Of a stretch of 64,000 nt of DNA, positions 35,178-49,691 are shown piece after piece. The stretch is taken from NCBI GenBank assembly GCA_946965045.2, contig OX337231.1:3720001-3784000 (forward strand), given 5' to 3'. The stretch's first letter is position 1, and each line of letters opens with the position of its first letter. The translations under genes and the position numbers were made by a program. The notes under the pieces were generated by a model. The model was not told the origin of the DNA and ran no database searches. It saw only the letters and a list, made by a program, of their open reading frames with translations. The DNA comes from Epithemia pelagica. Taxonomy: Eukaryota; Protista; Bacillariophyta.

Positions 35178-36071
35178 TCACAGAGAAAGCAGAGATTCGA
35201 GATCTTCTTCCGTTAGCCCCGTCAACGAGAGCACCGACTCTTCATCTCCATCATTCCATGCACAATTATCTTCAGTTGCGTCAACGTTACCATTCGTGTC
35301 TTTCGGAAACAGCCAAGGGTATTGCAAGGGGTCCATAATGTCCATTGCAAGCACTGATTCCGTGTGCTCTATCACGGATGGACCTTCTTTAGTCACTGGT
35401 GCTTGCCCCAAACCATTCATAGAGTCTGTGGGTGGTTCCGCTACCGCCTGCAAGGCAGTTTCCTGAGTTTCCAGCTTGCTTGGGGCAGTCGTCTCTGCAC
35501 TGGGAGCTATCGGAAGCCGTTCATCTTCGTCTGTTTCTGTGGCACCATCCTGGTTTTGTCTGGCTCGTTCTCGATTTCGTTCCATGACCAACCTCTTGTG
35601 CCGCAGTGCCTATAGTAAGAGTTGCGACAGAACCGCCACAAAAACAGCATTAGGGAATAAACAAGAGGCGCGTAGACAAGATGCGATTGTGTAACCTACC
35701 TGCGATACTTTGATCCGTGCTTCCGCGTCGGATACCTCATAGACTTGCTTGTCTTTATCCACTCCCAGAAAGCGGCCACCTCCCTTTTTGACCAGGGCAA
35801 TCACGTCTTCTGTAATGCGGATCTTATCGGCATTGTTACGGGCAGTCATGTAGGCAGGGAGATAGGAGGAGATAATTTCCATATAGGCCTTATTACCTCG
35901 GCGTTCATAGGTCCCCTTTCCTCGACCCATGAACACATCCGCCGGTCTAGGACAAGTAGGACCATTTTCATCAGCATCGCGAGCATCCTCGCGGATATTG
36001 TCGTCCTCTCCGCATGCCTTGAAAGCAGACATTGCGGTTCTTTTGGATCGGGCACTGTCGTTTGTCTCCAT
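35178..36071 (-). CDS. DUF6824-domain protein (paralog H, close to C), 2 exons; intron 35699-35610
   Basis: DVFMGRGKGTYERRGNKAY...EARIKVSQ|ALRHKRL. C-terminus LTGLTEEDLESLLSL is nearly the same as paralog C. Confidence 0.87.
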
Positions 36072-39000
36072 GCTGTCGGCCTTTCAAAGTTGCTGTGGGT
36101 ACGACCACACCGCTGCAGTTGAAAGGAATGCTTGATTAGGAAGAAACCAATACATCCAGTCAAAAAGATGGCATGCGGCCATTGTTGTCGCAGTAGTCCG
36201 GCGTCGAAGTTTTTGGCGTCTCCGTTGGATCTTTCTCGCATGTTCAGGTATGCTCGGCAGGGTAGCTTTTCAGTTCATGACGTATCGTTGGGGAAAAATC
36301 AAACATTTAACGATCGTACAGCAATGGGGGACAGCAGACAGTCCCACTTCCCACTTCCCACTGGACCATGGACCACAACATAGTTTTGCCCCGATTGTCC
36401 AGAGTCAACAGTCAACATCATCGTCTTGTGTACGAGTACTGTGTACACGAAAATAATCCCCAAAGAACAGGACATTTGATTATCACAGTGTCAGTCGAAG
36501 TAGCTTTGCTCGAGCTAGTAGGGCTTTTGATATGTGCCATCGCGGAGCGCCAGGTGGTGTTCTAGAGAACTGGTGCACGGTTCACTCTCTCCACACAAAG
36601 AAAGTTGGTCCATCATGCCAAAGGACCACACACCTCAATCCACCAAAGGTCGTCGTCGTCACCTGATGAAGCATGCCTGATTACAATGGCACAAACGCCA
36701 AGTTCCTTCCAGGAATAGGAGCCATTGTCTCTTATTGTAAGTCTCGTTAATCTCGTTGGTCTGTTGTACCTCCAACGACATGGTTCCGACGCGTCCTGTT
36801 CCACCGCGAATGGCATGGACCGCCAAAGCTCCATACTTTGTCAAACACATATGGTGCGAGGGCCGGCGGAAGCTGGACGCTTTTGTTGCCGTGTGTACGT
36901 CAAAGGTAATATCAATGCCAGGAGCCGAAACATGCCTTGTCAAGTCTTTTTTGTGACATCTCACTCTAGTGCTGTTTTTGGTATTTCCAGTGGTTCTCCT
37001 CGGAGTTTGTGGTGATGATACACCACCAAACAGGCCGGATTCGCAAAGCTCATTTCTTTGCACCATGAAAGAATCTGGGTGTCTGTTAGGCCATGTATCA
37101 AACGGACGAGACTTTGGAGCGGCACCTGAAGAACAACCCAGAAGATTAACCCATGCTGAACGGATCAATTTCAAGTGTCATGTGTCATGCCACTGCAGCA
37201 GCCAGAGTTGGAGAGAGAGGATGATGATGCAACGGCAACCGCGGTCCAAGTAAGAACCTTGCTTGCTTTCAGCTGTTGCCATTCGGTACCATCCAAGTGC
37301 CACCAGTCGTCTTGGTTTCTTCCATTGCCGGCCTGTCCGCCGATAGTGCCTCCAACGGAAGGAACGGTGTTTGTCGGGAGAGGTCCAACACTTGCTCCTC
37401 CCAAGGACGACGAGAAACGGCCCTGCAGAATACATGATAGTAGGGTCTCAGACAAACTGACAATTCCAGCACCAGGGCCCGGTCATGAGGAATCTGACTG
37501 GTGCTGGTGCCGCGTGGACTGTCCCATGGACTGTGCTAGTGGTGTGTCGTCCAATGGCATGGACAGCCAAACCCGCCGTATCAGAGTCTCTCTCCAATGA
37601 GCGCAATGGCATCAATGATCCGCTCCTTTTCCTTGTTCGCCGGCGTCAAACACAGTTCATAATGTGGTGGGAAGAAACTATAAAGTGTTGTGGACTTGCG
37701 TTTCCGAAACAAGGACATTCGACGACTCTTTTTTCTCTCGAACGACTTGATATGCATCCGAGCACCATGAACTCGTTGGAATGCGACAAAACGTGAATAG
37801 AACGACAGAGTTCTGTCATGCGATGAAAATGAGTGATCGAGCGGTGCAATGGCGTACGGGAGGTCGCTTGTGAACACTTATACCAGACAGATATGTGGAT
37901 TGGGTCCTTGGCGCTGCATCGTCCCGGTTGGTTGATTTTGGGAGCTCGGCTTTTTCCCATTCGATTTTACCTCAGGCAGTGCTAGATCAGCCATCGTTCC
38001 ATGGCAATAGAGTCTCACCAACTAGATGCAAGCCTTGTATTACAAGCATTGTGTTATGATGCTTCTGTAACCTGTATTGCATGGGCGGGTGAGGAACGGC
38101 AGTGTCGACTCTGACTCCAATGGTTGGTTGGAGACGCAGCGAAATTAATTCACCAAAAAGTCTCAATTGCACTCATCGAGTCCCACGTTTCGATTTCCCG
38201 GGATGTCTACTACTCAGACGGTGGGTGACTTTTACATATATAACAGAGGAGAAAAAAGCGAACCCTACAACCTACAACCCCTACATCTACATAGGGTATG
38301 GAGGGCAAGCCCCTACGACAAAAGCATCACCAACGATCGGCATGCGACTGGTTTTCGCTTGATATCGGTGACGACTGCTACTCCAAGGAGGATATTGAAT
38401 GCTCCTATTGAATATTGAATATCGACTGCTTTGCGCTTAGAGTATTTCGAGTTATGCATAACTCTCGGGGAAGATAAGAGTAAGTCAACTCCATCGCCAC
38501 GACAAAACCACAATCCACATAGCTACCCTTCGCGCTCACTCGTCTGTGGATCATAATTCTTTGAAATCTTCGAAAGAAGAAGAGAGTCGCTTTGTTTCAA
38601 ATCTGATACATCAACGAATCCGCCAAGATGTGCATGGAAGACGCTGTCGACGAGGAGGAACTCATCCTCTGTAGTGCTTGCTGCTGCTCCAACTGCTCCT
38701 GTTATCCTCGCGCGGATGCCATTGGTGTCAGCGGAAAGGTAAATGTTTCGTGACGTTGGCGACTTGTGTGTGTCATTGCCCATCACATCCTACTAACTTT
38801 TGATTCTGTTTCATGAAACAACAGTGCGGTATTTGCTGCGCCAATGCGGAATGCTGCTGCAAACCTGGAGCACCCTGTTTGATGCCTTTCTGCTGTTTGG
38901 GATGCAAGTGCGAAAACGACGGATGCAGTGTCATCAACGGTCAATGCCAACGTAAGTGAGACCATGTTGGAAGAAGAAAAGAAGGAAGAGAGAACCCAAC

Positions 39001-39816
39001 GACAGTTAGAGAAGTACGGAGAAATCCCTTTTTCCTTTGAATTGGCCGTTCTGACATTTTTTTTCTCGTTCAGTTTGCTGCCTCGTCCAGAGCTGTGCCA
39101 TCCCCTGCAACGAAGAGGTCCCTGTTGCCTGTACCGTTTTGGGTTTGACTGTCTACCCCAGGGTACGTCCCATCATTGGATTCGGAGATTGAACATGTTT
39201 CCCGAATACTCTAACTTTGTCTTTTATTGTCACAGGTTGGATGCTGCATTAAGCAAAAGGCACTCAAAGAAGAGATGAGCCGTTAAGCAGTTGCGACCTT
39301 GCGCGAAACATATTTTGAGTCGCGTCTCCATTCCGACGACCAAGCTATTACTACCTGCTGACCTACCTTGTCAATGAGCATTATTCTCGAGTCTTTTCTG
39401 TTGGGTTGTTTTTGGTGGGGTATCACTAACCAGAATCCAAGTCTAGACTTTGGGATTGTCATGAGAAATGTGTGTCCACGAAGCCGAACAATTCGCAGAT
39501 AGTTTTTGGTAGGATTGCCCTAGCTGTTAGTTATTGCTTTAGGTACACGGTCTCTTCAAAACTCGTAGACTCGCTTCCATGGCAATTCCTAGATAAAACC
39601 GTGTCTCCTTCCAACCAAATTATTGTAATTAGGTACTTCTCGGAGAGTTGGTTGGGTGGAACAGGGGTTGGAGCCTTCGCGCAAGGCTGTCTGTTTCTGG
39701 TTTTGCTCCCCAGTTGTAGGGTTCATGACCCGCGAGGCAGTCACCATTGTATCGATTCACCCATCCAGCGAAACAAGTTTTGTCTTGTATGCCACAAAGA
39801 GGAAATTCCATACACA

Positions 39817-42843
<3,027 letters not shown>

Positions 42844-44118
42844 GACTTTGGTCTTGTGGAATGAATCTGTGGCTCGTTTTCGTTTGTTCTTGTTGTTGTG
42901 GTGGTGGTGAAACAACTGCCACCTCAATCGTCTATTGGTTGGTTGGTTGGTTGGTTGGGATTCGCGCACAACACTATACTGTTTTGGGTGTGACGTTCAA
43001 CGACTCTCCCCCATTCTTCTTGTGTGTATCGTCGCAGAACTACTATAAATAATACAACCACAAGGATGTGTGAGAGAGAGACAACCCAAAACTAATAAGG
43101 AGTGATGGATTCCTACTTGTTCCAAAGCGCACAAGGAGGATGAGGATGATGCCAACCAAACGATGATGAGAGCGAGAGGATCCAAAAATCCGAACAGAGA
43201 CGACGAAGAAGAAGCAAGAAGCACAATCAATTGATGGATGTCGACGACGTACTCGTTCTGGTGTGCATCACCATCCATGATGGTACTGCGACCAAGCGCA
43301 CTGCCTCGGGGCATGGGCGACTACAATGGAGGTGTGCGACCGGATCTTTTTCGCGCGTGCTGCGGCACATGCCTCGCGTGCCGTGATGTGGCTTTGTTCG
43401 CCTTATTACTTAGGACTCCAACATCCGGAAGTATGGAGTGGAATCCAGCTGGTGGCAGCGACATGGTGAGGCGAACGCAACTGCACACATCCACCAAGTG
43501 CTGCTGTGGACCAATCATACGGCACAGCACGAGCGTACGTCGTCCGGATCGATGCCATGATTGGTGGCATGGTCTCTTGCGTGTTGGTACCAAATCCGAA
43601 CCTTCAAACAAACCACACCCGATCGCATGCCGAAAAACAAAAGTGAAGTGCAAGAGCAACTCGACGGACTGGGGTGCTTCTTGATTGGCATTCTGCGACA
43701 GTGATGTGCAGATTCTTTGACCCTCGACTGGCATCATTGATTCCATCCCAACACATTCTCCATTGACACTTCTCCCAAAGCACCCGACCAAGTCATTGTG
43801 TCTTCTCAAAAGTTCAGCGCCTTTCGTCGTTCAAACACCAAAGCAGTTTGGCATTCTCAGTCAGACGAGTGGAACGGCCGAGTCTACGACAACACCAAGA
43901 ACAAGCCACACTATTGGCGGTTGGTGTTGACACTCTTTTTGCATTTTCCAGTTCTTCAAACCTGCATTGGAGGTCACGTTTGACTGACACGATCAACGAC
44001 TCGATAGCCACAACGAATCTCCTTCCGTCAAGGTCATATCTTGGCGCAGCCGTGAATAGAAACAGGAACCCGTTCGGCACTTTTTTCGAGTAGACATTTT
44101 CGGTTCGTTCCTTCAAGC

Positions 44119-44667
44119 ATGACACTCCTGACAAGCACAAGAATGGTATCGGTATCGGCCTATCAACGATGGACCCTGTCGCTTTGGCGTTCATCGGCAG
44201 TCCTATTAGAGTCATCGTCGACGTTCCTACCACAACAACAACAACAAGGCTATCACTCCAAGTCCTCCAACAACAACAAGAAGAAGAACTCCAAGCAGGA
44301 TCGTCATGCTCATTCTGCTGATGGTTCCTGTTGTTCGACACATCAACAAGACTGGTGGATTCGTTCGACGCACGATCCTCTCTGTCATCCGCAACCCCAT
44401 GTCTTGGGCAGCTTGTCCATTTCCCATCCCGCCTCCCCCGTCGTGTTGGGATTTTCGGCGCATGTGGGTGCGGAAGAACACGAACAAGAAGCCTGTTTTG
44501 CAACGACATCATCGTGTTGTTCCGCCCATTCCTCGTCGTCATCGGCCTCTTCTCTCTATTCGTCGTCCAACCAACGACAACGGAACAATCGCACCACCAA
44601 CAACAGTACTACCACGGCGACGGCTTGCTCGTTTTCGGATTCGTCCTCCTCGTCGTCTGACAATTAA
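44119..44667 (+). CDS. Hypothetical protein, paralog of 45523-46302
   Basis: Shares GYHSK and PHVLGSLSISHPASP..LGFS with the convergent neighbour. Confidence 0.5.
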   Translation: MTLLTSTRMVSVSAYQRWTLSLWRSSAVLLESSSTFLPQQQQQGYHSKSSNNNKKKNSKQDRHAHSADGSCCSTHQQDWWIRSTHDPLCHPQPHVLGSLSISHPASPVVLGFSAHVGAEEHEQEACFATTSSCCSAHSSSSSASSLYSSSNQRQRNNRTTNNSTTTATACSFSDSSSSSSDN

Positions 44668-45522
44668 GGTTACTCCACTATCTCACACAAACAGCAAGAA
44701 GAGGAATGGGAGAGTGACCGTAACAGACCATGTGTGGTGTAGACCATATCAATCTCGTCGGACCAACAAGGCGCCGCGGGTGCGTGACACTGGCACTCCT
44801 CTGCGAGAGAGGGAACCCGAGGATTGTCCGTGTTGGAGTTTTGGGTTCCGAGAGAAGTATCATTATTACAACAGTTTCGGACATTCTCCAAACGACCGAC
44901 ACACCAGAGGCATTGCGTAGTTCCTCTCCTGTCGGTAGTAGTGATGGTTCCATATAGTAGTGTGGTTGTCGAATGGAACCGACTACTACTACTACTACTA
45001 CTATGTTTCCAAGTCTTGTGTATAGTTTTAAAACTCGTTCGATAGTCCCAGTCGAAACGATAACAGTATTCATGGTAGAGAGAATGGGTCCGAGTTTTTC
45101 CGGCAGATTTCGTAACGTTCTCCTTTGGTTGGTGTGGATCGAAATGGTTCTCGCAGAGACGAAGAAGAAGAAGAAGCGGCATGGACTGCAGTGTCTAGAG
45201 AGCAGAGACAATCAGGAAGAACACATGTGGGCATGGAGAAAACCAATCCTTGTTTCCCCCGGCGTATGCAAAGCACGAGTCTCCTCGGAGGATGGAGTCT
45301 GACGAATGCCTACCCATGCTAGGAGTAAAATCGGACCTTTCGTGCGACTCAAGTACTAGGTAGGGAGTGGGAGTAGGATGATGATGATAGGGCGATAATG
45401 TTGGTCTATTCTTGAGTTTCTTTTTGTGTGGTAAGGGTCTTTCGAGAATGGTGGATTTATTGATTTCAGGATAATACTAGGACAACAGTTTTTCTCTCTC
45501 TAGTCTTTTCTGCTGTGACTCT

Positions 45523-46302
45523 CTACTGTCGTTTGGGATTGCCATAGCGTCTTCGTTTGGCTCGTCGTGCATTTCGATTGCAGGGACGCTTGCCATGATT
45601 GGCCTTTTTGGCAGGTCGCGTATTGCGAGGCATGGTCCATACTCGTTTGGTGGTGCGTGGAGGATCTTGTTGCTGTTGTTGTTCCACGGAGTGCTCTTCT
45701 TGCTCTTGTTGGACACTGGAATGGGGTGGCAACTCGTAGGTCGGTTCCTTGAGCAAACTCGCCGAGGCGGCAAGATTGTGCGGTGGTTGCTCTTGCTCCT
45801 CTGGTTCGGCCACTGGCAAGGCTTGTTCCCAATCGCCACCAATGGAAAATCCCAACAAGTAGGGTGTGGCGGGATGACAAATGGTCAAACTTCCCAGTAC
45901 ATGAGGATGATGTTGATGCAAATGACTGGCAATCCACAATTCTTCCAAGGGTTGTGGAGCGGGCGATGATGGCGACGTTTGGCTATTATTGTTGTTGTTG
46001 TTGCGATTATTTGTATTGTTGCTGTTGCGATTGTTGTTGTTGTTGGACTCGGCATTTTTGGAGTGATAACCACGAACACTACTGTTAGACCTCCAGGGAT
46101 GCCGTAGCATGGATAGCGGGTAGTTTTGGTTCGCAGCCACAGCAGCCATGACAAGGTGCGGTCTGGGTACGGTGGAAGCAAACGATCGACTGATGGTAGT
46201 AGTTCTTCCTGCCACACGGCTCAGTTCGCAAACAGCTCGTCGGATAATGATCCCTCTATTCTGGGAGCTGGTAGCTTGCAGCAACGGGCGGATGCGATTC
46301 AT
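45523..46302 (-). CDS. Hypothetical protein with mitochondrial-presequence-like N-terminus and basic C-terminal tail
   Basis: N-terminus MNRIRPLLQ...RRAVCELSRVAGRTTTISRSFAST is Arg/Ser-rich with few acids. C-terminus MPRNTRPAKKANHGKRPCNRNARRAKRRRYGNPKRQ. Confidence 0.65.
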   Translation of the reverse strand: MNRIRPLLQATSSQNRGIIIRRAVCELSRVAGRTTTISRSFASTVPRPHLVMAAVAANQNYPLSMLRHPWRSNSSVRGYHSKNAESNNNNNRNSNNTNNRNNNNNNSQTSPSSPAPQPLEELWIASHLHQHHPHVLGSLTICHPATPYLLGFSIGGDWEQALPVAEPEEQEQPPHNLAASASLLKEPTYELPPHSSVQQEQEEHSVEQQQQQDPPRTTKRVWTMPRNTRPAKKANHGKRPCNRNARRAKRRRYGNPKRQ

Positions 46303-47267
46303 GGTGGTGGCAAGTATGACTTGTTGTTGTTGTTTCCAGGATAGCCAAGGGATTCGTGTGTGAAAGGGTCTCTGTGGAACACACAAGCTTCTCGTTTTTT
46401 CTTATGTTATAATATTTGATAGTATCAATGACTCTCAAACCAAAAAAGGGTGTTTGGAGATGGATTCGTGTCTGGAGCAGGCGCTTCTTCTTCAGATTTC
46501 GATGCGAACTCACACGATGCGATGTCAGGTTGCCAATGGCCCGCTAGTGTTCCTTTTTTTAGTTTTCACGATGCAGACACACACACTCCTTCTTGATTCA
46601 CTTGGAACGAGAACAAGAAGAGAGCCACCAAACCAAAAGGCAATGAGAATGGAGGAGCAGATGGATCTGCCCAATTTTTTTCTAGGTAGGCGGCGCAAAC
46701 AAGCAAACACAGACAACAATTGCTGCAGCGTCCACTTGAATGGTGGGGAAGGATTGTTCTGCCAAAAAAAAACTCGTTGGTGATGTATTAGTTCTGTTGT
46801 TCGGTTGAGCAGTAATTTGTTCTGTCTTTTGTTGTTCTCACGCCTCTGGTTCTGATTTCAAAGTGGGAAGTTCTCAACAAGAGGAGGCAACCAACAATAC
46901 ACTGCGAAACCAAGAAAGTGAGCGCAAACATTCGTTCCGTTGCTTTGGTTGTGCAACCCCGCCACGTTTGGCAGTCGACGTGATTGGTCCAATCCACCCA
47001 TGGATTGCCACAGATGGCGCCGACACGTGCGAATGCGTGCCACTTTGGGAACTTGAGCGGGTGCAGTCAACATCCAGAAAGATTCATTATATAAGAATAC
47101 TCCGTCGTAACCGCTCGAAAGTTGCGAAGCGTCCCCTATCACCAATCGTTATGGTTCGCATGTGGTTCGCATACTTACGACGCAAGTCTGCCGTTTGCTT
47201 GTCACCGTGACAGGCAAACGATAGCACTCGGGACTCGGGCGAATCTGACACACCTGGCAGCAGATGC

Positions 47268-47470
47268 TTGCCATGTTTTCGACACGAGAGATTCAAAGTT
47301 TCACTGTTGGCAGCAGACGTTAATTTATTTATGCCGACGGTTATATTTTGCTCCGCTATCCGCTATTTTCCCCGCTATTCGGGGCCCTAAATAGCGGCAA
47401 AAATAGCGGATGGCGGAGCTGTTTAGCGGTTAGAGGAGATGGTGGAGTTCGATAGCGGGTGGAGATAGCC
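47268..47470 (-). mobile_element. Second copy of the Harbinger-like element left end (partial)
   Basis: Reverse complement of 11819-12036, ending in TIR GGAGATAGCC followed by TAA. Internal sequence beyond ~47268 differs from copy 1; the other TIR was not found. Confidence 0.88.
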
Positions 47471-48145
47471 TAACTACTAACGACGAGCTGCGACTAGAAG
47501 CACCAAGTACTACTACCTACTACACTATTATTTTGTGTTTTGCGAAATCCAGAAGACAGAAGACGATAATGTTATTGTCTTCTCATTTTTGCATCGACCA
47601 CTTGAGTCGAAAAGCGAAAAGGCGATAGTATAGGGCTCGGACCAAGACGGAATGACTTAATGGCATTGAATTCGATTTAGGAATAGCCAAGAAGGGTGTT
47701 GAAGAACTGACAGTGTCCCAATGGGCATCTCAAGAGAGAGAATGACGCAATACGCAATCCTCGATCGAAATTGATAGTATTGTTCGATAATTCCAATGTT
47801 AGGGGTTGGCTACGTTGGTTGGGTGTTGGGTTGCCCTACAAAAAATAATACTACTCGTACTACGAACTACGAGTACTTGTAACTAGTAAAGATTGCCCAA
47901 TACACAACCCGAAACTGGTCGTACCGTACAGAGTTTCAATGAAAGAGTACCAATTATTGAAGATTGGCCACCTGCGACGAATTTTGAAAAGACTCGGAAA
48001 ATTGGAACTCGCTATTCCTCTCCGCCTCACCAGCCAACGCCACCACAATCATAGAAAATTGGTTCCTTGATTAGAGACCACAACAACCACCACCACCACA
48101 TTCATCTTCGTGTTGTTGTGATCCATCATCATCATCATCATCATC

Positions 48146-49054
48146 ATGTTGGGTGATTTGATTGCCCATTCCCTCCTTCGCCATTCGTTGCGAAGCGTCA
48201 AACTGGAGGAGGCCACCAGCAGCAACAGCAATGTTGTGGGTGGTAGTAGTACCACTAGCAGCACTCCTAGCAGACGTCGTTGCAAACGAGGACGCAAATC
48301 CTCTTCGCATGGTGGAGGTGGATTTGTGTACATTTATCAACCGACATCTTACCTCATGGCCAATGGAACAACCTGCAGTAGTACAACTTCGAATACCAAT
48401 TCCTCCCACCCATCCAGTCGATCCTCACACCACCACCATCCAGCTGCTTCTTCCAGCATGGGATGTTGCATGTTGATGCGACAAACACCGGAAGCCCTGA
48501 CGGAATTGTTGAGTCATCATTATGCGCAACAGCAACAACAATCTCAACCAGAAGCAACTTGCAGCAAGGAATCCACCAATCATTCGAATTCCGGACGAAT
48601 CAAGCATCGATCCTATGGATTGGCCAATCGCATTCAACGATCGCATCGAGTGGAGTCCTGGACATCGCAACGAACACTGATGTCCACCACCACCAAGGCG
48701 GAAGACGATGAGGACGAACCAGAACCAAGTCAACAAGAACAAGAAGAAGGAGAGTCAGCAGAAAGCAACACTGGATCCACTTCCACAGCAACCACTTCAA
48801 CTACTACAACCACAACCAACGATGGACCATCTGGTCGAGGTCGCCGTTTGGGACTGAGAAAAAGTCGCTCCTTGCAACTCCACACCGATTCCTCCTCCTT
48901 TTGGTCGCGTTCGTCGTCTTGTGCGGGTCTCTTGGTGCCGGAGCCACCATGTCCAACGCGTCGCCACCACAAACTTCGATCGTTGTTGCAACGAAGTCGA
49001 TCCCACAAGGGGAATCCTGACACGAGCCGTCTTTCCAGCAACTCGCAAGCCTAG
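48146..49054 (+). CDS. Hypothetical Ser/Thr/Gln-rich low-complexity protein
   Basis: 302-aa ATG-initiated ORF whose composition resembles neighbouring real genes; no domain recognised. Confidence 0.45.
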   Translation: MLGDLIAHSLLRHSLRSVKLEEATSSNSNVVGGSSTTSSTPSRRRCKRGRKSSSHGGGGFVYIYQPTSYLMANGTTCSSTTSNTNSSHPSSRSSHHHHPAASSSMGCCMLMRQTPEALTELLSHHYAQQQQQSQPEATCSKESTNHSNSGRIKHRSYGLANRIQRSHRVESWTSQRTLMSTTTKAEDDEDEPEPSQQEQEEGESAESNTGSTSTATTSTTTTTTNDGPSGRGRRLGLRKSRSLQLHTDSSSFWSRSSSCAGLLVPEPPCPTRRHHKLRSLLQRSRSHKGNPDTSRLSSNSQA

Positions 49055-49691
49055 GAGGCTTTTACAAAAATACCATGGAGGAAACCCCCATGCCGACAGA
49101 CTTGTGTGGAACAAGACTTTGATCGGCGAGCCCGTTCCTCCCAAGGTATCTCAACTCCTCCCCTTCCTCTTTTTTGGTTGGTTGTCTCGGGAGTCTAGTC
49201 AGTCGATGGCCTCCTATCTACACTACAAAAGAAGGACCAGCTAGTTACTTTCATAACAAGACACACGTTTTCTACTAATTTTTGGTTTTGACACAGAGAC
49301 TCCATTCATTCGATATTGGTTCCATGTTCTACTTAGAAAGCTTCACGGTACCTCTAGTAACGAACGACAGGATCCGACGGTGGCTGTGGTCCATTCCGTC
49401 CAACCACCGCAACAACAACGCATCATCATCCTGTCCTCCACCAGAGATAGACATCAAACACCACCGTCTGGATTTTTCTTCACCTAGCTACGTTGTGCAA
49501 CGTGGATCGATGGACGAGGCACAAACGGGGGTCGACTGGCGCTGTCCCCCCAAGATTGGGGGGAAGGTCGAAAAATTTGGTCGCGCGTGCGCGCCCTGCC
49601 AACAAAGAGAACGCAAAAAAAAAACTCGCTGCTCAATTCTCTCGTGCTGCCTTTCATTTCTTGTCGACAGTGTCAAGCGCCGTGACCGACC

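Larger units (their letters stand above)
18165..38175. repeat. Old inverted segmental duplication: ~18165-21000 vs ~35170-38175
   Basis: Close DUF6824 paralogs in opposite orientation. Collinear anchors: ATGCAATTGAGACTTTGGGG 18171 vs rc ~38155-38172; GAGACTGTTGCCGTGGAAC ~18344 vs rc ~38000-38018; GAACACCACCTGGCGCT 19511 vs rc ~36545-36561. Confidence 0.75.

Noticed and set aside
2232-35699. Four of the seven shared DUF6824 introns have lengths divisible by 3 (99, 78, 123, 90)
   Set aside because: Not clearly above chance for this sample; three of them still contain in-frame stops.
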